Shown here piece after piece: positions 43,903-56,345 of a stretch of 64,000 nucleotides of DNA. Within the stretch, counting starts at the first letter, position 1, and each line of letters opens with the position of its first letter. This DNA is from a virus, in IMG/VR virus record IMGVR_UViG_3300025655_000017. One strand, 5' to 3'. Position numbers and translations under genes: made by a program. A model generated the notes under the pieces. That model searched no databases and was not told the DNA's origin. It worked only from the letters and a program-made list of their open reading frames with translations.

Positions 43903-46134
43903 TTAATTTAAATATGCTGCGAAAATTGGTTGTTCTGAACCTTTATCCAAAAAAGGATTAATAAACATAAGCAACCCTTCTGTGAAATTGGTTTTATTTT
44001 TATCCTTAGCCGATTCATCTAGTAATTTTATTAATCCTCTATCCAAATAAATAAAGCTATGTGAAACATAATTTTTTAATATTTCTACTAAAACCTTATT
44101 ATCCTTTGGCGGCATTAAATAATGATAATTTGTTCTATTAGAAAACGATAAAGAATATTTCTGATATGTACCAAATTCATAATTAAAAGCCCCTGATTCA
44201 TAACGTCCTTTATTAAGAATATTATTATAGTAAAAAGAATTTGATTTACCTACTTTAAAATAATTCTTTAATCCGTAATTATCAGCTACTGCATTTAGTA
44301 CTTCATTTAATGAATTGTAGGTTGTATAATTAACTGTTTCATTTTCAGGGCAAATAAAAAATGAATAGAAATTTAATACTTCCATATCTTTATTTACAAT
44401 TCGCTGATTATTATTCAATACCAAAAATTTATCTTTATAAGAAATAACTATATTGGCATTAGCGGAAAAAACATTTGATTTATTTTCTTTCACTTCAAAT
44501 TTATCAATATTAATTAATAAATCATTAATAGTTGTTTCGGTTAAATAATCTAATACAAGATTAGATTCATCTATCTTGTTTATATTTTTATCCACAAGTG
44601 AAATAAGTGAATCAATAAAAAAAGGAGCTTGAAAAGTTACTACTTCGATGTCCTTTGGATTCTGACATATTCTGTTAATCCTACCTTCACGTTGAATAAT
44701 CCTAGAAGGGTTCCACTTACCATCGTAATGGTACAACTTATTAGCATAATGTAAGTTTGTACCCTCTGCCAATACATCAGTACATAACAAAACATTATAT
44801 TTATCAGTCTTATGTAAGTTAGCATCAAATTCATCTGTAATAGTATCTAATAACTTTTCAGGGCTATTAGAATCAAAACTGATATGCTTAATTTCATTGG
44901 CCGTCAATATTTCACTCAAATGATTTAAAGTATCACTATACTCGGTGAATACAACAACTTTTTCACCTTTTTCTAAAAAAGAAATAAATTTAAGTAGTTC
45001 ATTAGCTTTATAATCATTTTCAATTTTAAGGAGTTCTAAGGCAATATTATCTATATACTCTATATCCTTTAATAGATCATCTATAAAGAGATTTGTAAGG
45101 GTATAAGTAGTTTCACCAATCGTAATTTCACCATTTGATAAACATTCATTAATGTTATTTTTGGTATTCTGTAAAGTTTTAGAAAAAGAAACAACAGAGC
45201 TTTCTAATCTTTTAAATAACGTACTTTTATATAAAAAACCAAAAGAACCATTCATCTCTGGTAAAAAATATGCTACCTGATTTTGCCAAGCAAAAGACAT
45301 TTTATTGATAATAATCAAAATATCTCGAACAGCTTTCGTTTCTACATCGTTAGATGTTATTTGATATTCAATTTGATTTTTTGCGACGGTGGGAAACTTC
45401 TTTAATAACTCTTCATTAGAATCAATAACAATAGATGAACGCTTATTCCTAATAGTTAAAATAGAAAATAATTTTGTAAATTCACTTATTCTATTATTTA
45501 ATTCATGGGTTAATTCACTACCTTTGTTTATTGCTTGGAAAGAGATATACTTACCATCTTTCTTATTAAATTGATTGAACTTTTTATTTTCTTTGTTCAA
45601 ATATGTTATGACCGAACACTGAATATCTATAACAGTTTTAATCTCTTGTGGAAGATTTGTTAACATAAATAATTCTAACAATGAATCTATATCATTATTA
45701 TATGGAGTAGCACTAACAAGTATTACACTACTTTTGTTGTATCTTGATAATTTAAAAATCTCCATGAAAGTTTTACCTCCATATCGGCCAATTCGATGGC
45801 ACTCATCAATTATAATATGATCGTATTTTTCCTGATAGTTAGGTATATTCCTATTACCAGTAATCTTATAATTTATATCACAGTTAGATAAAACATTATC
45901 CCAACTTTTTTTGTTGGCGTTGGTTGTAATAACCAATAATTTTTCATCATATTTGATAGAATTAAGAACAATGGTAGATGAGGTTATTGTTTTCCCTAAA
46001 CCTGTTTCGTCCAATAAAAACAATGTTTTGAATTCATTGTAAATATCTAACCCTCTTTCAACAGATAATCTTTGAAAGAGGTACGGACTGAAGTTATTTA
46101 TTGTTTTCATTTCTAACTGTTTGATGAACAACAA
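43903..46134 (-). CDS. SF2 (SNF2-like) helicase
   Basis: DETGLGKT, IIDECH, SATP, TDVLAEGTNL, WNP....QREGRINR. Confidence 0.85.
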   Translation of the reverse strand: MLFIKQLEMKTINNFSPYLFQRLSVERGLDIYNEFKTLFLLDETGLGKTITSSTIVLNSIKYDEKLLVITTNANKKSWDNVLSNCDINYKITGNRNIPNYQEKYDHIIIDECHRIGRYGGKTFMEIFKLSRYNKSSVILVSATPYNNDIDSLLELFMLTNLPQEIKTVIDIQCSVITYLNKENKKFNQFNKKDGKYISFQAINKGSELTHELNNRISEFTKLFSILTIRNKRSSIVIDSNEELLKKFPTVAKNQIEYQITSNDVETKAVRDILIIINKMSFAWQNQVAYFLPEMNGSFGFLYKSTLFKRLESSVVSFSKTLQNTKNNINECLSNGEITIGETTYTLTNLFIDDLLKDIEYIDNIALELLKIENDYKANELLKFISFLEKGEKVVVFTEYSDTLNHLSEILTANEIKHISFDSNSPEKLLDTITDEFDANLHKTDKYNVLLCTDVLAEGTNLHYANKLYHYDGKWNPSRIIQREGRINRICQNPKDIEVVTFQAPFFIDSLISLVDKNINKIDESNLVLDYLTETTINDLLINIDKFEVKENKSNVFSANANIVISYKDKFLVLNNNQRIVNKDMEVLNFYSFFICPENETVNYTTYNSLNEVLNAVADNYGLKNYFKVGKSNSFYYNNILNKGRYESGAFNYEFGTYQKYSLSFSNRTNYHYLMPPKDNKVLVEILKNYVSHSFIYLDRGLIKLLDESAKDKNKTNFTEGLLMFINPFLDKGSEQPIFAAYLN

Positions 46135-46198
46135 AGATACAAATGTTTTTTAACATTCTCAAATTTATTTTCACCAAACTAAAAAAAAATTGTATGAT

Positions 46199-49100
46199 TC
46201 ACTTCTCATACAACTCTATAATTTCTTTCAACGTCATGTTTTCTATTTGCTCTATATCAGATACTTTCCATTTAGAGCCTAAATATTGAGTCATATATTT
46301 CTTAAAAGATGTATTCTTTTTTTTCTCATTGAGATAATCACCACTAACAAAAGAAATGGCACTAATAACTGCTGCTATTCTTTCTTTAAGAATAAGAGTA
46401 TCTATATATCTTTTTTTAGGCATAATTTTTTGAGTTTAGATTAATTATTTACTATGGTAAAGAAACAAATTAATATCTAAAAATAATGTTATTTTAGATA
46501 TTGGGGATCAATTTGTCTAAAACTTCCCAAAATTTATAATTACTATCCCTCCCATCTTTTGAGGAATAAAGAGCAGAAAAATTAGTAATTATTTCTCCAT
46601 TAGAGTCATAAGCGACTGGAAAAATAAAAATATTTGTACAATCCGACATCAGAATAGCCCTATTATATAGGAAACTTTCACTGTCAGGAAAGTTTTTTAT
46701 CAATATAAAATTAGATAAAAATGATTTTTTATTGTTTTTCATAATCTTTTAACATTTTTTAAAAATTAATTAATGTTTTTTTTTTGTAAAAATACTATTT
46801 AATTTTTAAAAAAACAAATTATTGAGAAATTAAATCTCCAACAATAACAATATTTGCCTATTATAGTAATCATAAATAATTTTTAGTTGGTGAAAATACT
46901 CTTCATCTCTTGTACTTTCTAACATTCTTTCAGCAATATTTTTTCTATTTTCTAATAATTGAACAAGCATAGGAATAGATGACTTAATATCTCCACTGGC
47001 ACATCTTTTTAACTTTATTAATAATTCTGACATACTTTCCATAAAATATTTTTTTTAAATTAAAACGTCTTCAACAATAATTGTTTTCATGTTTGATTTT
47101 TTTATAAATATGAGTAGGATTTCTCCATTATTAGATCATTGGCTTTACTCTATTTAAAGAAACTGGTGGCTATCGCTCCATCGTCTTTACCGCTACCGCG
47201 ACCTGTATCGAATAATAGTTTGTTAATTCAAACTTACTCATGTTTTTTTTTATATTTAATATCCTAAAGTGGAAAAAATGTAAGTAAAAAATTCCATCAA
47301 TAAAAAAGGAAAGCCAAGCCCTGCAACAATAATCAAAAAACCAAAATCTAAATAAACCTTATATCCTTTGAATAAAGATGATAAAGTAGATAGGCCAATT
47401 GAAATAAAAATTATTGGCATTAAAAATTTCGTATTTTCACCATCACTAATATTAATGATAAATAATATCATATTAGATAGTGCCAACGGATAAAAAATAA
47501 TCTTAGATAAATTCATGTTTTTTTTTTATATGTCTGTTAAAACCCAACTACCATCTTCAAAATATTTTTTTACATCATCGAAAGAATAAGTAGTTTTAAT
47601 TAATTCTCCATCTTCTATCCAAACTATTGTAGCTTTATCTTCAATTATAGATTCAACTCTATAATTGTAAGAGTAATCAAAATTATCATCATTTAGATAA
47701 TCTATAACTTTTTTACCTATAACAAATTGCCAACCTATATACTCTTCTTTTCTATACATTTTCCGTTTTGTTTATATTTTCGGTAAGTATAAAATACTGC
47801 CTGAGAGTAATAGTTTGCGTATGAACTTGACCCTCATAAGGAATATCTCGATGGGCCACAAACCATAACTCACCCTGTAAGAGTTGTAAAGAAATTGAAT
47901 CATACTCTCCATACAACTCGTTTAAAAAAATAAAAGCATTTTCTAAATAGGGTATACTAAATTTATTATTTTCTCCCTCCATTTCTTTTTTCATTTTTTT
48001 GTTTATTAGAAGGCAGTAGTTTACCAATACCCGTAATGGGATCATTGATGATTTCTACATCTCTACGAATTACAGGCTTTACTTTTTCTTTAGTAGTTGT
48101 TGACATGATTTTTTACGTTTATTTAATTAAATAATTTTATTACATAACAAATGTACAATAGTTTTCCCGTAAATCCTAACTTTTCTTTAAATTTTTTTCA
48201 CTTGAATATCATGATAGTATGTATATTCTTGTGCAGGAAGAATATAAGTTCCATCAGAGGTTTTAAATTCTGAACTAACATCCAAGGATTTAATTCCACT
48301 ATTAATATATAAAATTCTCACCTTGCCTCTAAATCTACTATTAAGATAATTTACCTTAGTTTCCAAATTAGCATCGGGAAAATTATTATTAAACCAATCC
48401 CCATCTACTATTGTATCTATAAACATAGTACTTCCAATTTGAGGTAAAATAGCACTTTCTATGGTAACCAAATGCCTGTCACCAGTATCTTCTAACAAGA
48501 AGAAATTTAATTCTGTTTTTGTCATTTTAATTATTCGTTTTTTTAATAAAGATTAATCAAAAACATGATCAGGATAAATTTTCTCTACTCTATTTTTATC
48601 AATATCAACACGATATTCATAGTATTCACCCTTGATAATACCACTTGGACATATATGAACAATACGTTCATCAACATATTGTTCATATAAATTAATCATA
48701 GAAACAATCCTGCGTCGTGATATTGACAAGTTATTACGTTTTTTTTGATCTATTTTTTTTAAGGACATAATTCAATTCACTTTTTAAAGTAATTAATAAT
48801 TTGATTAATTAAAGATACTTTAACTTTTTTTGTTTCTACAAGATTATCTAATTCTTTCCACTTATCAAATAAAATATATAGTTTGTTAATATCTTCTATT
48901 TCATAAGTCAAATAAATATAATATATATCATTTATTTGAGAATAATAAGGATTGCCTACAAACCTAGCAGTAGGCATATTATTTTTGATAAAGTTTTGTA
49001 ACTCAATCATTCGCGCTGTTGTTTTTACAGTAAAACTCTCAGTAATCATAAAACATTAGTTTTTTTATATGATCAATAAATATTAGCGATTTAATTTAAG

Positions 49101-50898
49101 TACGTTTACGAACTATTTCTGAAACGATCTCTATACAAAGATAATCTATTTAATCCTAATATCCTAATTTTCCCAATAAAAAAACCTTCTATGATTTATT
49201 ATAGAAGGTTTCAAAATCACCATCATTCACTTCTAGGAATTATCCATCTCCCAAATGAAAGTTACCCCCACTAGTTATTACAGAACCCATCATAATATTC
49301 TTCTCACCAATGACGTTAGGAATATCAGTAATAGAATTTTGTATGTGCAGGTTATTATCTATAAAAGGTGGAGTAATACTTGATCCATCCTTAAAGATAA
49401 TATTAGTTACTTCTTTTCCATCTATGGTTAAACAACCATCTTCAAATTTTATGTTCATGTTTTTTTTTATTTAATTAAATGAGTATTATATTCTACAGTA
49501 TTTATTTTTTTCCTTCAATTTTTATAGATTCTACATTCATAAGTATTTCTACAATATCTGGTTTTTGTGAAATCTTCTTTCGACCAACTAATTGTAATTT
49601 ATTTCCATGTAACTCAAGTTCAATTGAATTATAAATAAAACTTGATTCAATTATACTAGAGAGAAATTTTTCCACTTTTTCTGAATGTTTATACTCCAAA
49701 AAAACTATTGCTTCAATATAATTAAATCCATTTGACATTTTTTTTCACCCAATAAAACAAAGATTATTTCCATAAGGAACATAAAATCCCAAAGAAATAT
49801 TGTCATAATATCTTTTGTAAAAAGAAATAACTTCTTTAAAAATCTTTTTGATTTGCTTAATATATTTCTCTTCCATAATATTTAATGATTATCCCCATAA
49901 AGGTTTTTTGCAATTCTCCTGAAAAAATCATCTTTATCACCAGCACTAACAACATTGAATGGAATTGTATTTTTAGTTTGAATCCGAATAATTGATTCAA
50001 CAATTCCCCTCAACATGTTTTCATCATTTATGGATTTAAGAGGAAATTGATCCATCTCTTTCATTTTACCTTTCTTTGTCTTAAAAATAAAATAAGTTTT
50101 GCCATCACTTAATAGTGAGAAATTTTTAAACCCCAATTCATCTTGAATCCAAGAGTTTATTTTAGACATTTCATTTATGTTTTTCATTTTTATTTTTTTA
50201 AAGTTTAGAATAAATCATATGTTTAATAGAACATAACATACCAATAGTCCACCAACATATAGATACTAACAAAGGAACCCATGTAAATAAATCTTTGTCA
50301 TAGGTATAATCTAAGGCAAAGATCACAAAAAAAATAAATGCCGAAGAAAAAGAAAATAATGCATTTTTTAGGTTTTGCATGTTAGTTTTTATTAATTAAT
50401 TAATAATGTAAAGATAAGTTATTTTTTTTATTTTTCCAAGAGAAAGGGAAAAATAATTATTCTATGGGCATGAATCTAATAACATTATATAAAGGTGATT
50501 CATAGTACTCTTCTATATAAACCCTATTTTCCCCCCCATAAGTTTCATAAAAACGAGCTACGTGAAAACGGCCATTAGAGGTTTCTACTAGTACCCTATT
50601 ACTCCGTTTACCCTTCCATTCCCCTACTTGAATAAGTTCAGGGAAATATTGTATTTGATCATTTTCATTTTTTACTCCTATCCAGTATGGCATATTATTT
50701 CTTTTTTTTAGCTTCCAATAAAATAAGTTCATTGTTAGTTTTTATTGCAAAAACTTTTTGGTTAGGGTTAGGATGCCCTGAAGAATAAGCCACGGTTTCA
50801 CCATTTTTTTTAACAGGGTATCCATGAGTACCACCCTTCTTTTGTAAATTTTTGGGGATAGGAACTGCCCGGTCATCTATTTTATCATAATCATCCAT
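46199..50898 (-). other. Array of short hypothetical early genes
   Basis: Tightly packed 60-110 aa minus-strand ORFs, many preceded by TAnnTTTG. Confidence 0.7.
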
Positions 50899-50950
50899 AA
50901 GATATATTTATTTAAAGCAAAGATAAACTATTTTTTCCACTTTTCCAAAT

Positions 50951-51544
50951 TTATATTTTCTCTTTTTCAAGATAAAATATTTTATCTGAATCAATAATAT
51001 TTATTTCATTTTCATCATACCCATCATCAGTTCTTGAGAATTGATACCAGAGTTTTAAAGTATTGTTCCAATCAACATTATCAAATTTTGTTTTTGCAAT
51101 TAATAAAACATTACCTCCCGCCTGATTCTCGGCAAAGTTCACAGCAGATTGTTTATCAAAACTCCAAGAATCACCTAAATTATCAAAATTAATATCAAGC
51201 ATAGATTTAACCTTGATAGAACGATATATAGGAATAGGATTTGGTAAGTTGTTAAAAAAGTGTAACGTTTTGTTTACATCATTATAAGCATCCTCTTTTG
51301 TTTCGAAATAATAATCATCCTCATATTCATTTTCATAATCTGAGTAGCTTGGATATAAATCTTTGTAAGAGTCATGATATTCAATCATATTAAATACATC
51401 CTCACTTTTCAAACCAATATTAGAAAAGAATTTTGATTGTGATGGGATTCTTTCTTCAAGTAATAATCCGCGCATACTTTCAATTATTAGTTTGCAAACT
51501 TCTTTATTTTTATCTCTCATTTTATGAATAAATATTATCATCAT
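50951..51544 (-). CDS. R-S-E-type ADP-ribosyltransferase-like protein (start probably Met at 51520)
   Basis: IYR...SWS...ENE; TATTTAT upstream; IIES..LLLEE N-terminus. Confidence 0.55.
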   Translation of the reverse strand: MMIIFIHKMRDKNKEVCKLIIESMRGLLLEERIPSQSKFFSNIGLKSEDVFNMIEYHDSYKDLYPSYSDYENEYEDDYYFETKEDAYNDVNKTLHFFNNLPNPIPIYRSIKVKSMLDINFDNLGDSWSFDKQSAVNFAENQAGGNVLLIAKTKFDNVDWNNTLKLWYQFSRTDDGYDENEINIIDSDKIFYLEKEKI

Positions 51545-52229
51545 CTATATCCCAACTACCATCATTTTGAACTGATTTTATTTGGTTTGCTTTTAAAACG
51601 ATATAGGCTTTAGGATGTTTATTATAATGGCTAACTCCTACTTTATTGTATGGCTCATGAAAAACTCCATCAAACCCATACTCTAGTAAGGCATTGTATA
51701 ATTTATTTGAAGGTATTTTATCAATAACGAAATTACTGAGAAGAATACACTGAACATCTTTTTGTTTGTCACCATTCTTATCATAGTAAAAATCTCCATT
51801 TATTTTAAATTTATATGTTTTCACCACAAAATCTAAATACTTACTAAATGTTTTTTCATCATCCTCTCTGTAAAAAAGTTGATTTGTATAAAGTGGATTT
51901 TCTATGCGTAAAAATGTTTCGTATATCTTAGATGTTTTTTTATCACCCGCATAACCCTTAGCATAATCTTTTTCTATGGAAAAATGAGAACCTAAATCTA
52001 CTTGCTGTTTGGAACTACCCTTGTATCCTATCTTAGGTTTAAATTCTGTAAAACCTCCGTTGGGCGTACCGTGATAACAAATCATTGGGTTGCCACTCTT
52101 ATCAATAACTTTGCTATTACCAAACCACTTTATGAAATTATCATTAAAGTTGATTTTATCAAACGATTCCTGTTCATTTAGAAATTGACGTATATTAGTC
52201 GCTATAATCCTAGACATATCTTTTTTCAT
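51522..52229 (-). CDS. ADP-ribosyltransferase-like (ART-PolyVal-type)
   Basis: F..WFG.SKV.D..G.P...YHGT, G.HFS....A.GY, L.I.NP, GFDGV, NQIKS. Confidence 0.8.
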   Translation of the reverse strand: MKKDMSRIIATNIRQFLNEQESFDKINFNDNFIKWFGNSKVIDKSGNPMICYHGTPNGGFTEFKPKIGYKGSSKQQVDLGSHFSIEKDYAKGYAGDKKTSKIYETFLRIENPLYTNQLFYREDDEKTFSKYLDFVVKTYKFKINGDFYYDKNGDKQKDVQCILLSNFVIDKIPSNKLYNALLEYGFDGVFHEPYNKVGVSHYNKHPKAYIVLKANQIKSVQNDGSWDIDDDNIYS

Positions 52230-54201
52230 ATAAAAAACTTTGTATATAAATAAGCTTCAACAAACTTAATCTTCAAAGTGATGGAGATCATATTTAGCTA
52301 CAATCTCATCAGCATTTTCTACCTTAAAAGTGAATTTTGTTTTCATTAGATTTTAATTTTAGTACGTTTGAGGAAAAACCATTGGGGAGTTCCAGCCCAC
52401 TCAGCATCATTGCAGTAGACACAATTCTCCCATAAGTTAATTCCCCTTACATTCATATCTAACCACCCTATCTCTTCTCCTATATTCACAGAGATAGACA
52501 ATCCATTAGTTAGAAAAGGAATAAGTTGATTTATATTTGTTACTTCCATAATTTTATTCATTTTTTATTTAAACAAAGATATTAATAATAATTGATTTAT
52601 GCGACATTTATATGAATTAAATAAAATTATTTCACCTTATTAAAAAAATCGTTAAAAAATACTGTGAATCCAGATAAAACGTTTTTAAAATAGCAAAAGA
52701 ACAAACTTTTACCGTTTAATTAGTAATGGGTAGTTTGTTCTTTCAATGTTAATTTAATCAGTATGTTTATTCCACAAATCATCAAAATCATAGGTATGTC
52801 TAATGACTTTTAATTCCAATTTATGTTCCCAACAAAAGGTGCTCAAGTGATAAGCTTCACTTTCAAAATAAACTGGTTTACCATCTTTATTTTGAAGGCC
52901 ACTGATTTGTATAGTATCACTACAATCTTCACAGCTTGCATAAACTTTTTTGCCAAAGCTATCTTTTACCAGATAAATTCTCGTTAATACTTCCATAATT
53001 TTTTGTTTTTATAATGTGTTTTTAGTTTTCCAACTATCAGGAGATTGATACTCTCCCTCTAAAAAAGATTCTCATTTTTTAACCATCTGATTGCTTCACT
53101 AAAAGATGGAGCTGAATAAATATATTCATCATATATATTGTGGTTCATCTTTTCACCTTTTTTTGTTTTCTTTAAACCACTAACCGAAAAGGGTAAATCA
53201 GATGCTTGCCAATAATATTCACATGGTTTTGAATATCCTTTTTCTTTCAATCTTTTAGCTAATTCTAAATCAACAAGTTGCTGTTGTCCCATGATTAAAA
53301 ATTTTAATGGATTAATTAATATTTGAATTATGCAAGTTTAATTTAAACCTAACATAATCATTACCCTATCAAAATCAGTTTCAGTTTCTATGAATCCATC
53401 GAAGAAAGTATTCCACTCACATAAACTTGGTACATACATTTGTATTTTTATTTCTATACCTTGCTCATTTTGTTGATATATAATTATTTCAAATGCCCCA
53501 TACCCCTTTTTAGCTAAGTTCTTTTTCAAATTAATTAGCGTTCCACACCCCAACTCATCTTTTTTTCTAGTAGACCACATTCCGTAATATGAACCCCTCC
53601 CATGATAGGTGAAACGATCATCAGCATTTATTTTTTCTCTTATCTTAGTAATAAGATTTTCCATACTCTTAATAGTTTGTTCTTACATAATTTAAAATAT
53701 CAACTACACTAGCTAAATTATGTTCGTTATTTTTTAACAAGCGTTCCCAATATTTGTGATTGCTCTGATTTTCATATCTATTTCTTGCATCTCCAACCAC
53801 CATTCAGGTTCTGTATTACTCCAAGGAACCTCTCTATCAATAATATCAACCTGAGTTAAAATATATTTTTTAAGATTTTCCCATTTCTCAAATGGATTAT
53901 TACCCTCTATGTTTTCCATTGTTTGTTTTTTAGTATTCATTTTGTTATTTTTTTTATTTAAAAATTCCTTTATATCTTTATCACTGTGAATTATACCTAA
54001 AGGATAATCATTTGTTTGAATTTTTTCTTCTGCTTTATTGAACAGGCAAGTTAACAATTCATCATAATTTACATTAGGATTTTTTTTAGAAAAATCATTT
54101 GCTCGTTCAATGGTTATATTAAGCATTTCTTTTAATTGTTCTTCAGACATAATTTTATTTATTTATTTTAACAAAGATATAGATAAAAATTGATTTCTGT
54201 A

Positions 54202-54873
54202 CTAATATAACACTTTACAATTAAAAAGTTCACTATTAATAGTTGTAAGCTCATTATTGTATAAATCTAACATTTTACATTTTGGAAGTAGGGTATTAAA
54301 AGTAGTAAGTTTATTATTGCTTAAATCTAGTTTTTCACAATTAGGTAATTCAGCATTAAAAATAGTTAGTTTATTATTGTATAAATCTAACATTTTACAT
54401 TTTGGAAGTAGATAATTAAAGGTAGTAAGCTTATTATTATATAAATCTAATTCTTCACAATTAGGTAATTCAGCATTAAAAATAGTAAGCTTATTATTGT
54501 CTAAATCTAATCTCTCACAATTTAGAAGTTGGGCGTTAAAACTTGTAAGTTTATTATGGCTTAAATCTAATTTTTTACAATTTGGCAATTCAGTATTAAA
54601 AGTAGTAAGTTTATTATGGCTCAAATATAGTTTTTCACAATTTGGCAATTCAGCATTAAAAATAGTAAGCTTATTATAACGCAAATCTAATTCTTCACAG
54701 TTAGGCAGTACAGCATTAAAAGTTTTAAGCTTATTATCACATATATTTAATTTTTTACAATTAGGAAGCTCACTAATAAAAATTTCAACTATTTTTTTAT
54801 TAGTGATGATAATTTCCACTTGATCTAAAATTTCAGTCTTTTTATTATTTAGAGTAATATAATAATTCTTCAT
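54202..54873 (-). CDS. Leucine-rich-repeat protein (20-aa repeats)
   Basis: About nine LPNCExLDLxxNKLTxFNAE units (60-bp DNA repeats). Confidence 0.9.
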   Translation of the reverse strand: MKNYYITLNNKKTEILDQVEIIITNKKIVEIFISELPNCKKLNICDNKLKTFNAVLPNCEELDLRYNKLTIFNAELPNCEKLYLSHNKLTTFNTELPNCKKLDLSHNKLTSFNAQLLNCERLDLDNNKLTIFNAELPNCEELDLYNNKLTTFNYLLPKCKMLDLYNNKLTIFNAELPNCEKLDLSNNKLTTFNTLLPKCKMLDLYNNELTTINSELFNCKVLY

Positions 54874-54907
54874 AAATTTACTTTATTTTAACAAAAAACA
54901 TTTTTTG

Positions 54908-54991
54908 CGGTCAAAATAGGACTCGAACCTATAATATCAAGTCAAGTAAATATTACCCAACCTTAGCGTCTACCAATTTCGCCATTTGACC
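54908..54991 (-). ncRNA. tRNA-like RNA (Leu-type D arm) with extended anticodon hairpin
   Basis: GGUCAAA/UUUGACC acceptor, UGGCGAAAUUGGUAGACGC, T arm AUAGG-UUCGAGU-CCUAU; no 7-nt anticodon loop. Confidence 0.75.
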
Positions 54992-55164
54992 GTTTAACTT
55001 ATCTTTATAAGCTTTTTCGTTTGTACAAAGATAAAATATTTATTTCACTTTTCCTAATTTAGTTAAAACAAAGATCATCTAAATATTTGAATTACGCAAA
55101 TTTTACAGGAAATAAAAAGCACAAACTAAATTAAGTTTTTAGTTTGTGCTTTTTTGCGTCAGCA

Positions 55165-55248
55165 GCGTTAAGGATAGTAGTGGCTTGTCCCGCAGGGATG
55201 AGCGAACAGCGAACCACGAATAGCCTGACCCCTGAAAGGGGGAACGCC
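55165..55248 (+). ncRNA. Flavo-1-like RNA/repeat, copy 1
   Basis: GCGTTAAGGAT...AGCCTGACC...GGAACGC. Confidence 0.65.
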
Positions 55249-56104
55249 ATCATTCTATTAAATCTATTAAAATACTCCAATAACTAAAACAATACTTCCT
55301 TATCATACTAATACCAATAACCAATACCATAAGAATCACCAAAATTAATTTCACTTGCCTTCATAACTCTCAACCTTTTGTTCCAATTCTAAAATATATC
55401 CAATCAAATCAGTCATAGTATCATAATACCTCTTCTCACTTTTATCCACCTCTTTACCATAACCCTCTTCAATCATAAGACCCCAATTCTGAGCAGCCCT
55501 ATCAAATGCATCTACTAAACTAACCCCACTACCCGAATTTCTAACCTCCGGTACATAATCAATAACAACCATATTAAAATGACTTCTCAATATATCACCA
55601 ACACTCCACACCAATTCCTTACCAATCCAAAACTTACAATATTTTACGTCACGGTAAAATATCGAATCCGCAACATCCGAACAAATTGCCTTTAAAAAAT
55701 TCAAAACCATCTTATTGTCCCCAGAATCACGTACACAAATATATATACACTCCCCATCCTCAATCACAAAATATTTCTCAACTTGACCTCTCATAATTAA
55801 TTAGTTTTTATAACATTTACCAATATCACACAACTCCAAATACTTAACATAACTTAAACTCATATTGCCAACAACTCTATCAGGCATTACTTCAATCCCA
55901 ACTCTAGGAATCGTAGCATCATCAACCCGATAAGGACAATCAGACATCCATTCTATAAGCTCCAACCCCCTTTTACCCAATTCAAATAAATCTAATACAT
56001 AATCACAACCCTCATCAATAGTTATTTCACCATCAGATACCAAACCCAATATTACCACTAATTTTTCTCTGTTCATCATTTTAAAATTTTAACACCCCTT
56101 GGTT

Positions 56105-56345
56105 GTTCTACATCTTTAGCTTGAAATTAAGGGTTTTAGTTGAAATATTTTTTTTGTGCTTTGTAGAATCTTTTAGCTTCAAATTACTAAGCTTCAAATT
56201 AGGTTTTTTTGTGCTACATCTTTAGCTTCAAATTACTAAGCTTCAAATTAGGTTTTTTTGTTCTACATCTTTAGCTTGAAATTTACTAACTTGAAAATTA
56301 CTAACTTGAAAATTACTAAGCTTCAAATTAGGTTTTTTTGTTCTT
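56105..56345. repeat. Iteron-like tandem repeat block (putative origin)
   Basis: About nine (AG)CTTSAAA(A/T)TTA units nested in ~49-bp higher-order repeats. Confidence 0.8.

Noticed and set aside
56105-56345. CRISPR array
   Set aside because: Short tandem units without unique spacers; no cas genes
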